The position numbers and the translations under genes are program-made. Below are positions 21,653 to 29,485 of a DNA stretch of 64,000 bases, in pieces (positions within the stretch are counted from its first letter, which is position 1; every line of letters begins with the position of its first letter). Source of the DNA: Bacteroidales bacterium (GTDB lineage Bacteria > Bacteroidota > Bacteroidia > Bacteroidales > VadinHA17); contig JAXLTT010000018.1 in assembly GCA_046329875.1 (NCBI GenBank), positions 933 through 64,932 of the forward strand, given 5' to 3'. The notes beneath the pieces were generated by a model. The model did no database searches, was not told the DNA's origin, and saw only the letters and a list, made by a program, of their open reading frames with translations.

Positions 21653-23545
21653 ATGTCAGGGAAAATTAATCCATTAAAGGCGTTCCTTATGGCCGGGCTG
21701 ATGGTTTTAGCCTTAGCGTCATCCAGGGCACAGACAGGTTTCGATAATCCTACAAGGGCTCTTTATATTTTCGACCTTGCGAAGTATGTCGATTTCGGAC
21801 CGGGCTTCGCCGACTCTTCATCTTTTAAAGTCGGTATGCTGGTTGGAGATTACGACCTCATAAATGAAATGGCAAAGCTTGCGAGAACCCGTACACGCAT
21901 CCAGGATAAACCTGTTTCCGTTGTAGGATTCAGAAATCTTGACAATATGACGCATGTCCAGGTCCTTTATGTGAACAAGGAGGCTGGCTTTAACCTTGCA
22001 AAAGTCAAGGCTAAGATTGCAGGGCAGCATACAATGCTTATTACGGAAGGATATGAATTCCGTGAAGCAATGATGAACTTCATAGTTGTAAATGGCAAGC
22101 CCAGGTTTGATGTGAATGAAGATTACCTGAAGCAGGAAGGACTGTCAGTTCCCCAGACACTTCTATTTACAGCGGTTAAAACCAAGGAGGACTGGCAGAA
22201 TCTTTTCGATATAGCAAGCAAGGAAATTGAAGTCCAGAAAGAGACAATCAGACAGCAGCTCGAAACCATAGAGGTGCAGAAACAGGAGATTCTTAAACAA
22301 AAGGCACTGCTCGACAGCCTCGACAGGCAGATTGCAGAAAAGGAAAAAGCTCTCGGTGAAAAACAAAAGGTACTTAATTACCAGGTTGCCCAGATCTCTA
22401 AACAGCGCGGTGAGATAACAATACAGAAACAGACAATAGAATCGCAGCAGAAAGCTGTACAGGTACAGCAGGACACGCTGGCTGCACAGAAATCCAAGAT
22501 CGATTTGCAGCTTGCAATGATCGGCGACCAGCTAAAGAAGATAGGGGAACAGGAAGGGAAAATAAAGATCCAGCTGGCGACTCTCGAGAAGCAGAAGATC
22601 ATAATCTATTTTGTCATTTTCGCCCTTGTCCTTGCAAGCTTCCTCGCATACTATATCTACAGGGGATACAGGATCAAGAAAGAAGCAAACATAAAGCTCG
22701 AGGAGAAGAACCGTACTATTTCAGCCCAGAAGGATGAAATTGAAAAACAAAGGGATATTGCGGCAGCACAACGCGACCAAATAGCCTACCAGAAAAAGCA
22801 TATCGAGGATTCGATAATGTATGCCAAAAGGATACAAACAGCACTTATACCTTCCCTTGAGCTCTTCGACGACAAGCTCGAGCATTTCGTCCTGTATAAA
22901 CCACTTGCAATTGTAAGCGGTGACTTTTACTGGGTGACATCAAAGAATAATTACCAGGTGATCATTGCTGCCGACTGTACGGGTCATGGCGTTCCCGGGG
23001 CATTCATGAGCATGCTTGGCGTGTCAATGCTTAACGAGATTGTTAACGAAAAGGATATTGTGATGCCAGACCAGATTGCTGAAAGCCTCCGGCAGGGTGT
23101 CATTAAATCACTAAAACAGGTTCTTGATGAGGACACCGTGAAGGATGGAATGGACATAGCCGTCTGCACAATAGATTTCTCTAAAAACCTTCTGTACTAC
23201 GCCGGCGGTAACAACCCGCTGTATCTTGTAAGGGGAGGCGAGCTCACCCATTACAGGCCCGACAAGATGCCGGTTGCAATTCACTATAAGATGCAGCCTT
23301 TCACCCTCAATACAATTGAACTGCAGAAAGGCGATGCATTCTATGTATTCTCAGATGGATACTGCGACCAGTTCGGAGGCCCTAATGAGAAGAAATTCAT
23401 GACTGCCAAACTGAAGGACACACTCGTTCAGATAGCCGGAATGCCAATGATAGAGCAGGGTAAAATGCTCGACAAGGTATTTGAAGACTGGAGAGGAAAG
23501 AATCCCCAGGTAGATGATGTGACCCTTATTGGTGTAAGGTATTAG
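21653..23545 (+). CDS. YfiR/DUF4154-like periplasmic domain, coiled coil, TM helix and PP2C/SpoIIE phosphatase
   Basis: Signal peptide; long Q/K/E-rich coiled coil; TM helix IIIYFVIFALVLASFLAYYIY. PP2C motifs SGDFYWV, ADCTGHGVPGAFMS and SDGYCDQFGG. Confidence 0.8.
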   Translation: MSGKINPLKAFLMAGLMVLALASSRAQTGFDNPTRALYIFDLAKYVDFGPGFADSSSFKVGMLVGDYDLINEMAKLARTRTRIQDKPVSVVGFRNLDNMTHVQVLYVNKEAGFNLAKVKAKIAGQHTMLITEGYEFREAMMNFIVVNGKPRFDVNEDYLKQEGLSVPQTLLFTAVKTKEDWQNLFDIASKEIEVQKETIRQQLETIEVQKQEILKQKALLDSLDRQIAEKEKALGEKQKVLNYQVAQISKQRGEITIQKQTIESQQKAVQVQQDTLAAQKSKIDLQLAMIGDQLKKIGEQEGKIKIQLATLEKQKIIIYFVIFALVLASFLAYYIYRGYRIKKEANIKLEEKNRTISAQKDEIEKQRDIAAAQRDQIAYQKKHIEDSIMYAKRIQTALIPSLELFDDKLEHFVLYKPLAIVSGDFYWVTSKNNYQVIIAADCTGHGVPGAFMSMLGVSMLNEIVNEKDIVMPDQIAESLRQGVIKSLKQVLDEDTVKDGMDIAVCTIDFSKNLLYYAGGNNPLYLVRGGELTHYRPDKMPVAIHYKMQPFTLNTIELQKGDAFYVFSDGYCDQFGGPNEKKFMTAKLKDTLVQIAGMPMIEQGKMLDKVFEDWRGKNPQVDDVTLIGVRY

Positions 23546-23769
23546 TTACACTCAACTTTCGTTGTAACTGACCCTACTGTTACGTCAGGTATTGCCTCCT
23601 GTTTTACAAGGTCAGTACCGCAATATTCAGCAGCGCCGGTCTCGCTTACGTATGACCCGTTATCATAGGTGACATATTTGCAGGTCTTGCAGTTCTGAAG
23701 AAGGCTGCAGGCGTTAAACGATACAGCGAAGATCACAAAGGCGGCAGCAATAATGAGTTTCTTTTTCAT
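23542..23769 (-). CDS. small Cys-rich lipoprotein
   Basis: MKKKLIIAAAFVIFAVSFNAC lipobox, 75 aa. The listed 172-aa ORF is an upstream extension through the GC-rich repeats. Confidence 0.6.
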   Translation of the reverse strand: MKKKLIIAAAFVIFAVSFNACSLLQNCKTCKYVTYDNGSYVSETGAAEYCGTDLVKQEAIPDVTVGSVTTKVECN

Positions 23770-23900
23770 ACGGGTTATATTACATTGCAAATATAATAAT
23801 TCTATTAATTCGTTCCCTGGCATATTACAGACACAACATTTATTCAGAAGGTTGCATCGGACCTTTTTCACCATTTGAATCGAATTTATCTCATTGATTT

Positions 23901-24022
23901 CAGCCCCCTCCAGGGGGCGGCCCCGGTTCACCGGGGCGGGGGTCGTTGAATCAACTGGCCAGAATTCTTGTAATGTTCTCAGCCCCCTCCAGGGGGCGGC
24001 CCCGGTCCACCGGGGCGGGGGT
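23901..24022 (+). repeat. two copies (79-bp spacing) of a 43-bp GC-rich double-hairpin element
   Basis: CAGCCCCCTCCAGGGGGCGGCCCCGGTTCACCGGGGCGGGGGT at 23901-23943 and 23980-24022. Hairpins are GCCCCCT/AGGGGGC and GCCCCGG/CCGGGGC. Confidence 0.9.
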
Positions 24023-24090
24023 TGGTGAATTGGTACCGTAAACAATTTCTCTACATGCATTTTGCACCCCTGCCATTCGCCTTGCTCATG

Positions 24091-24114
24091 GCTGCCCCCT
24101 GGAGGGGGCTGAGA
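24091..24114 (-). repeat. inverted partial copy (hairpin 1 only) of the GC-rich element
   Basis: GCTGCCCCCTGGAGGGGGCTGAGA is nearly the reverse complement of 24535-24558. Confidence 0.85.
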
Positions 24115-24166
24115 ATGAAGAATAAAGAAAGATTTGTAATTTTGATATGAGCTGCACTTCGAAGTA

Positions 24167-24586
24167 ATGAAAACCGGAAATATGTTTTTTGGTGCCAGTG
24201 CTCAAATATTTGAGACTGCAAATTATTTAAGGAACCATATGACTCATGCAGAACTTGTACTATGGTCCAGGCTTAAAAATCGAAACATTATCAATCAAAA
24301 GTTCAGAAGACAACATCCAATTGGCAACTACATCGTGGATTTTTATTGTCATAAACTTAAGCTGATTATCGAAGTCGATGGAGAAATCCATCATGATGAA
24401 TTGCAAAGAAAATATGATCTTAAACGATCCTCTGAGCTTAATAATCTCGGTCTGATAATTATGAGATTTAATAATAACGAAATCCTGTATAATCTTAGCG
24501 AAGTTGTAAAACAGATTCAACTTAAAATTAAAGATCTCAGCCCCCTCCAGGGGGCGGCCCCGGTTCACCGGGGCGGGGGTCGATAA
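24167..24586 (+). CDS. DUF559 (Vsr-like) endonuclease domain protein
   Basis: LRNHMTHAELVLWSRLKNR...KFRRQHPIGNYIVDFYC...LIIEVDGEIH pattern. The last 16 or so codons and the stop are supplied by the GC-rich repeat. Confidence 0.8.
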   Translation: MKTGNMFFGASAQIFETANYLRNHMTHAELVLWSRLKNRNIINQKFRRQHPIGNYIVDFYCHKLKLIIEVDGEIHHDELQRKYDLKRSSELNNLGLIIMRFNNNEILYNLSEVVKQIQLKIKDLSPLQGAAPVHRGGGR

Positions 24587-24892
24587 AGCACTGCCCAAAA
24601 TTAATACATGGACTTCAGCCCCCTACAGGGGGCGGCCCCGGTCCACCGGGTCGGGGGTCGATAAAGCACTGCCCAAAATTAATACATGGACCTCAGCCCC
24701 CTCCAGGGGGCGGCCCCGGTTCTCCAGGGCGGGGGTCGATAAAGCACTGCCCAAAATTAATACATGGACTTCAGCCCCCTACAGGGGGCGGCCCCGGTTC
24801 ACCGGGGCAGGGGTCGATAAAGCACTGCCCAAAATTAATACATAGACTTCAGCCCCCTCCAGGGGGCGGCCCCGGTTCACCGGGGCGGGGGT
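24538..24892 (+). repeat. 78-bp tandem repeat array (5 hairpin cores, 4 identical AT-rich linkers)
   Basis: Cores start at 24538, 24616, 24694, 24772 and 24850. The linker is CGATAAAGCACTGCCCAAAATTAATACATGGAC, and the cores carry point differences. Confidence 0.95.
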
Positions 24893-25019
24893 CATAAATC
24901 CTGTTAATTATGTAAAATCCCATATATTTACTAAATTTCTTTCCCGTGATGCAGCACTGCAATAAAAAGGCAGTCATTTGGTCAGGAATGAAAAAATAGA
25001 AACATAAAAATTAAACGTC

Positions 25020-25397
25020 ATGGAAGAGTCATTAAGAATGAAAAATCACGTTAAGACCGTGGCAATAATTCAGATTATAAGGAGCTCACTCTGGATCCTG
25101 GCTTCAGCAGCCTTAATCATTGTCTTCGGCTTCTTGCTGGGTACAGTGAACGATCCCACAGCAGAAACTGTCTTCAGGATTCTGATCATAACATTGCCTG
25201 GTTTCTTCGGACTATTTTCAATTCTTGGCCTTGTTAGCGGGATCGGATTGCTTTCGCATAAGAATTGGGCGAGAATTATTACAATTATAACAACAGGGAT
25301 GGGTTGTCTTAGTATACCAATAGGAACTCTTGTTGGAGTTTATTCAATATGGGTTCTGATGCAGGATGAAACCATTAAACTCTTCAACAATCAATAA
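25020..25397 (+). CDS. hypothetical 4-TM membrane protein
   Basis: 125 aa, hydrophobic, followed by a clear terminator. Confidence 0.6.
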   Translation: MEESLRMKNHVKTVAIIQIIRSSLWILASAALIIVFGFLLGTVNDPTAETVFRILIITLPGFFGLFSILGLVSGIGLLSHKNWARIITIITTGMGCLSIPIGTLVGVYSIWVLMQDETIKLFNNQ

Positions 25398-25418
25398 TCA
25401 GATTTTAGTTTTAATTTT

Positions 25419-25451
25419 GAAGGTGTCTCAAAAGGACACCTTCTTTGTTTT
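25419..25451 (+). terminator. rho-independent terminator
   Basis: GAAGGTGTC-tcaaaag-GACACCTTC followed by TTTGTTTT. Confidence 0.75.
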
Positions 25452-25456
25452 AAATA

Positions 25457-25568
25457 ATGAACTCATCCCCCGTCCCCTTCTCTCCGCCTGCTGGCGGAAA
25501 GAAGGGGTGAGTCGAAAAGCTTAAAAGCCGCTCTTTGCAACGCAGAGAGGGGTATGGGGTGAGTTCAT
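25457..25568. repeat. 112-bp palindromic intergenic element
   Basis: 13-bp terminal inverted repeat ATGAACTCATCCCC / GGGGTGAGTTCAT. Internal hairpin CCCCTTCTCTCCGCCtgctGGCGGAAAGAAGGGG. Confidence 0.7.
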
Positions 25569-25625
25569 GGCCCGGTGTCTAAAACAGGAGAGTTTATATA
25601 TAAATAACAACATAACAGGCTATAT

Positions 25626-27311
25626 ATGGCAGACGACAACAAGATCATCTTTTCGATGTACAGGGTAAGCAAAGTCTTCCCTCCCCACCGGCAGGTAATC
25701 AAAGACATTTCATTATCATTCTTCCTTGGCGCCAAAATAGGCATCATCGGACTTAACGGATCCGGCAAATCGACACTTCTTAAAATTATTGCCGGGGTTG
25801 AAAAGGAATTCCAGGGAGAGGTTGTTTTCAGCCCGGGCTACAGCGTTGGCCTGCTTCCCCAGGATCCTCTTATTGACGACACCCGCACTGTACGCGAGAT
25901 TGTAGAAGAGGGGGTTAAGGAAACCATGGACATCATAAAAGAATACGAGACAATTAACAACAGTTTCGGGGACCCGGAAGTCTATGAGAATCCTGACAAG
26001 ATGGCGACCCTCATGGAACGCCAGGCCGTGCTCCAGGAAAAGATCGACTACCACGACGGGTGGAACATCGAACATAAGCTTGAGATGGCAATGGATGCCT
26101 TACGCTGTCCCGATCCAGGTGCAAAGGTGAGCATCCTCTCCGGTGGAGAACGCCGACGTGTAGCTCTATGCCGCCTGCTGCTCCAGGAACCCGACATTCT
26201 GCTCCTGGATGAGCCCACAAACCACCTCGATGCCGAATCGGTACAATGGCTTGAGACCCACCTGAAACAGTATAAGGGAACTGTAATCTGTATTACACAC
26301 GACAGGTACTTCCTCGATAATGTTGCCGGTTGGATACTTGAACTCGACAGGGGCGAAGGGATACCATGGAAAGGGAACTATTCATCCTGGCTTGAGCAGA
26401 AGGCAAAAAGACTTGAAGCCGAGGAAAAAGGAAACGTCAAAAGAAGAAAAATACTCGAGCGCGAACTCGAATGGGTACGCATGTCACCCAAAGCCCGACA
26501 TGCAAAATCAAAAGCCAGACTTGGTGCGTATGAGAACCTCCTTAACCAGGATGTGAAACAGAAGGAGGAAAAGCTCGAGATCTTCATCCCTAACGGACCA
26601 CGACTTGGTGATAAGGTCATAAATGCCGTGAAAGTGGCAAAATCCTTCGATGAGAAGCTTCTTTTCGATGAACTGGACTTCACCCTCCCCCCGAACGGGA
26701 TAGTAGGTGTAATAGGGCCAAACGGAGCTGGAAAGACCACCCTTTTCAGGATGGTAATGAAACAGGAGACACCTACAAAGGGAAGTTTCGAGATAGGCGA
26801 AACAGTCGCACTCGGCTATGTTGATCAGTCTCATGCAGATATCGACCCGGCCAAAACAGTATACGAGGTAATCTCAGGCGGACAGCCCGACATCATGGTT
26901 GGAAACAGGCTCGTTAATGCAAGAGCTTACGTTGCACGTTTCAATTTCACCGGTGCCGACCAGGAGAAAAAATGCGGCGTGCTTTCAGGTGGAGAAAGAA
27001 ACAGGCTTCACCTTGCCCTCACACTTAAATCCGGGGCCAATGTCCTTCTGCTCGACGAACCAACGAACGATATCGACGTCAACACACTTCGCGCGCTCGA
27101 GGAAGGTCTTGAGAACTTTGCAGGGTGTGCCGTGATAATTTCACACGACCGCTGGTTCCTCGACAGGGTTGCAACCCATATCCTCGCGTTCGAAGGCGAT
27201 TCAAAGGTTGTATGGTTTGAGGGTACCTATTCCGACTATGAGGAAAACTATAAGAAAAGAGTAAGCAGCTCAACCCCTGTAAGAATAAAATACAGGAAGC
27301 TTACAAAATAG
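25626..27311 (+). CDS. ettA: ABC-F translational throttle protein EttA
   Basis: Two ABC cassettes (GLNGSGKST/LSGGERRR and GPNGAGKTT/LSGGERNR), no TM helices, 561 aa. Confidence 0.9.
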   Translation: MADDNKIIFSMYRVSKVFPPHRQVIKDISLSFFLGAKIGIIGLNGSGKSTLLKIIAGVEKEFQGEVVFSPGYSVGLLPQDPLIDDTRTVREIVEEGVKETMDIIKEYETINNSFGDPEVYENPDKMATLMERQAVLQEKIDYHDGWNIEHKLEMAMDALRCPDPGAKVSILSGGERRRVALCRLLLQEPDILLLDEPTNHLDAESVQWLETHLKQYKGTVICITHDRYFLDNVAGWILELDRGEGIPWKGNYSSWLEQKAKRLEAEEKGNVKRRKILERELEWVRMSPKARHAKSKARLGAYENLLNQDVKQKEEKLEIFIPNGPRLGDKVINAVKVAKSFDEKLLFDELDFTLPPNGIVGVIGPNGAGKTTLFRMVMKQETPTKGSFEIGETVALGYVDQSHADIDPAKTVYEVISGGQPDIMVGNRLVNARAYVARFNFTGADQEKKCGVLSGGERNRLHLALTLKSGANVLLLDEPTNDIDVNTLRALEEGLENFAGCAVIISHDRWFLDRVATHILAFEGDSKVVWFEGTYSDYEENYKKRVSSSTPVRIKYRKLTK

Positions 27312-27377
27312 TCTTAACTTTGATATTCTTCTGAATTATTATATCTGAAATATTACACAACCTAACATTAAAAAGCC

Positions 27378-28361
27378 ATGGGAATAGCCAGATTATTAGC
27401 CTGGTTGCTGCTGCTTTACGGTATAGCAGGACTTGCAATCATGTATCTTTATCCTTCGGGTGATCCCGAAAGAGGAAAAAAAGTCTTCCGACTGCCCTTC
27501 TTCAGACCTATATTACTTATCGGCCTGTTCTTTGTTGTCATGTTAAGCCTTATAATTATGATCTCTGCCCAGGAGGTAGGAGTTGTTGTGACTCCGAAAG
27601 GTGTCAGGCAGTCTGCACTACATACAGGCTGGCATGTACTTATGCCCTGGAACAATGTTTACAGGATGGACAAAACCGTATGGGTTTATACCTGTGCCCA
27701 CGCAACAGGGGAAGGTGCCAAACCCAATGCTGATGCCGTATGGGCTCCTACCAAAGATGGTATAAAGATGGGCTTCGATGTATCAGTTTCCTGGCGCATC
27801 GATGCCGATATGGCAAGCTGGATCTACAGTAACGTAAGTGAGAACGACGGGGGCGATGAGGGACGCTACCTCTGGCTCGAGGAAAATGTAATCCGCCCGA
27901 AGCTCAAATCTGCCCTTGCATTAACAGTCTCAAACTTTACTCCTATTGAAGTTTACAGTACAAAAAGGCAGGATATCCAGGATGAAGTTGCAAAAAGGAT
28001 AAAAACCGAAATCGGCGCCTTTAAACTGATACTCGAACAGGTCGACCTCAGGGAGGTTTATTACAATTCCGAGTACGAAACCGCTATAAACAATAAGAAG
28101 CTTGCCGAGCAGGAAGCACTAAGGCTTATCGAAGTTACAAAACAGCAGGAAGAGCTTAAGAAGCAGGAAGCCATAAAGAAAGATATTGCAATCCTGAAAG
28201 CTGAAGGCGAATCAAAAGCCCTCCAGATCAAGGGTCAGTCAATATCAAATAATCCGAAGATCATTGATCTCGAGTGGATCAATAAATGGAACGGGCAGCT
28301 GCCAACCTATATGATGGGAAACGGGCAGGGAGTGATTCTCAATCTCCCTACGAAGCAATAA
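27378..28361 (+). CDS. SPFH/band-7 (prohibitin-like) membrane protein
   Basis: N-terminal TM helices, SPFH-like core, C-terminal coiled coil. Confidence 0.75.
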   Translation: MGIARLLAWLLLLYGIAGLAIMYLYPSGDPERGKKVFRLPFFRPILLIGLFFVVMLSLIIMISAQEVGVVVTPKGVRQSALHTGWHVLMPWNNVYRMDKTVWVYTCAHATGEGAKPNADAVWAPTKDGIKMGFDVSVSWRIDADMASWIYSNVSENDGGDEGRYLWLEENVIRPKLKSALALTVSNFTPIEVYSTKRQDIQDEVAKRIKTEIGAFKLILEQVDLREVYYNSEYETAINNKKLAEQEALRLIEVTKQQEELKKQEAIKKDIAILKAEGESKALQIKGQSISNNPKIIDLEWINKWNGQLPTYMMGNGQGVILNLPTKQ

Positions 28362-29226
28362 CATCAGACTTTAAATATTCGTGTATAAGATCGCATACCT
28401 CACGGCTATGCGATCTTGTGTTTGTAACAAGGTCGATGTGGCTCGATTTTTCAATAAGTTTTGCAATGTCGACAGCATCATCATGACTGTGAAAAGTGTC
28501 ATTCGAGGCACCAATTACAAGGACAGACACGTCAATCTTCTTAGTGGCTTCATTTACGGAATACCCCTGCATTGCAAGAAGGGTTTTTGCCACCCTCCGC
28601 GGATGCGTTGCATCCAAGGATCTTGAACTGATCATGTACATCTCGTGATCCTTGTCAGTATCAACCATCGATTTCCTCATATAGAGTTTGAGCAAGGGCT
28701 TTATTACAGGGAACAGGGGGTAGAAATATCTTGCAAGCGGCCTGGTAAACCATGGCATCCTGAACTCGGCTGCCGGCTGTATAAGGACAAGCAATGCGGG
28801 TTTCTTTTCAAGTCCTGAGGAGAAAAGTTCGATTGATATAGTTGCAGAAAGGGAATATGAAACCAAGATATATTTACCATCCTCAAATTCAATGGCTTTA
28901 ATCACCCCCGCAATATCAGCAGCCATATCCCTTACTGTAAAACCAGCTTTCGGTGGCAGAACGGCTGATGCCTTCTCCCTTGTTTCAACATAATGCACTA
29001 TATGACCTTCGCTGAGGTGATATACAACATCGGAAAATGTCTCTATCACTGATGCCAGCCCGGGAAGGAAAAGGACGGGTAAATCATATTTCACTGAAGC
29101 CGGCGTGATCACGACATCTTCAAGTTCAGCCCCGTTCTCAAGCTTAACATGGGAAATGCTTATTGAAGCATCCGCAGGGCAGTGCTTCCTGAATCTTTCA
29201 AGCCGGTCTTCCTTAACTTTTCCCAA
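28348..29226 (-). CDS. alpha/beta-fold hydrolase
   Basis: 292 aa with nucleophile-elbow-like VSYSLS and the overall pattern; the exact family is unknown. Confidence 0.6.
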   Translation of the reverse strand: MGKVKEDRLERFRKHCPADASISISHVKLENGAELEDVVITPASVKYDLPVLFLPGLASVIETFSDVVYHLSEGHIVHYVETREKASAVLPPKAGFTVRDMAADIAGVIKAIEFEDGKYILVSYSLSATISIELFSSGLEKKPALLVLIQPAAEFRMPWFTRPLARYFYPLFPVIKPLLKLYMRKSMVDTDKDHEMYMISSRSLDATHPRRVAKTLLAMQGYSVNEATKKIDVSVLVIGASNDTFHSHDDAVDIAKLIEKSSHIDLVTNTRSHSREVCDLIHEYLKSDVIAS

Positions 29227-29350
29227 TGATCGGGTATTTATTTCAGCCCCTCAAATTGGATGGGGCCAGGCTCAAATATACGATAACCGGCATTTAAAAC
29301 AATTCTTAACTTTAACCTGCATTCAGTAATCCGGTCCTTAAAATATTGAT

Positions 29351-29448
29351 CTTTGTGTTACTTCGTGCGTACTTTGTGTCCCTTTGTGGTAAAACAAAAG
29401 CCTTAACCACAAAGGATCACTAAGGTCAGCACAAAGGATCACAAAGGG
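29351..29448. repeat. imperfect palindrome built from CTTTGTG / CACAAAG heptamer units
   Basis: Three CTT(T/C)GTG units face three CACAAAG units around CCCTTTGTGGT...ACCACAAAGG. Confidence 0.8.
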
Positions 29449-29485
29449 ATTGAATTAGTTTACGATAATTCTAAAACCAGGCAAT

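Noticed and set aside
23770-24060. The upstream 97 codons of ORF 23542-24060
   Set aside because: They are a translation of the GC-rich hairpin repeats (PAPVNRGRPLEGAE...). The real gene starts at the lipoprotein signal peptide, with ATG at 23769.
24538-24892. Possible CRISPR array (regular 78-bp periodicity, palindromic repeat of about 45 bp, roughly 33-bp intervening segments)
   Set aside because: The intervening segments are identical to each other (CGATAAAGCACTGCCCAAAATTAATACATGGAC), so they are not unique spacers. No cas genes are nearby. This is a tandem repeat.
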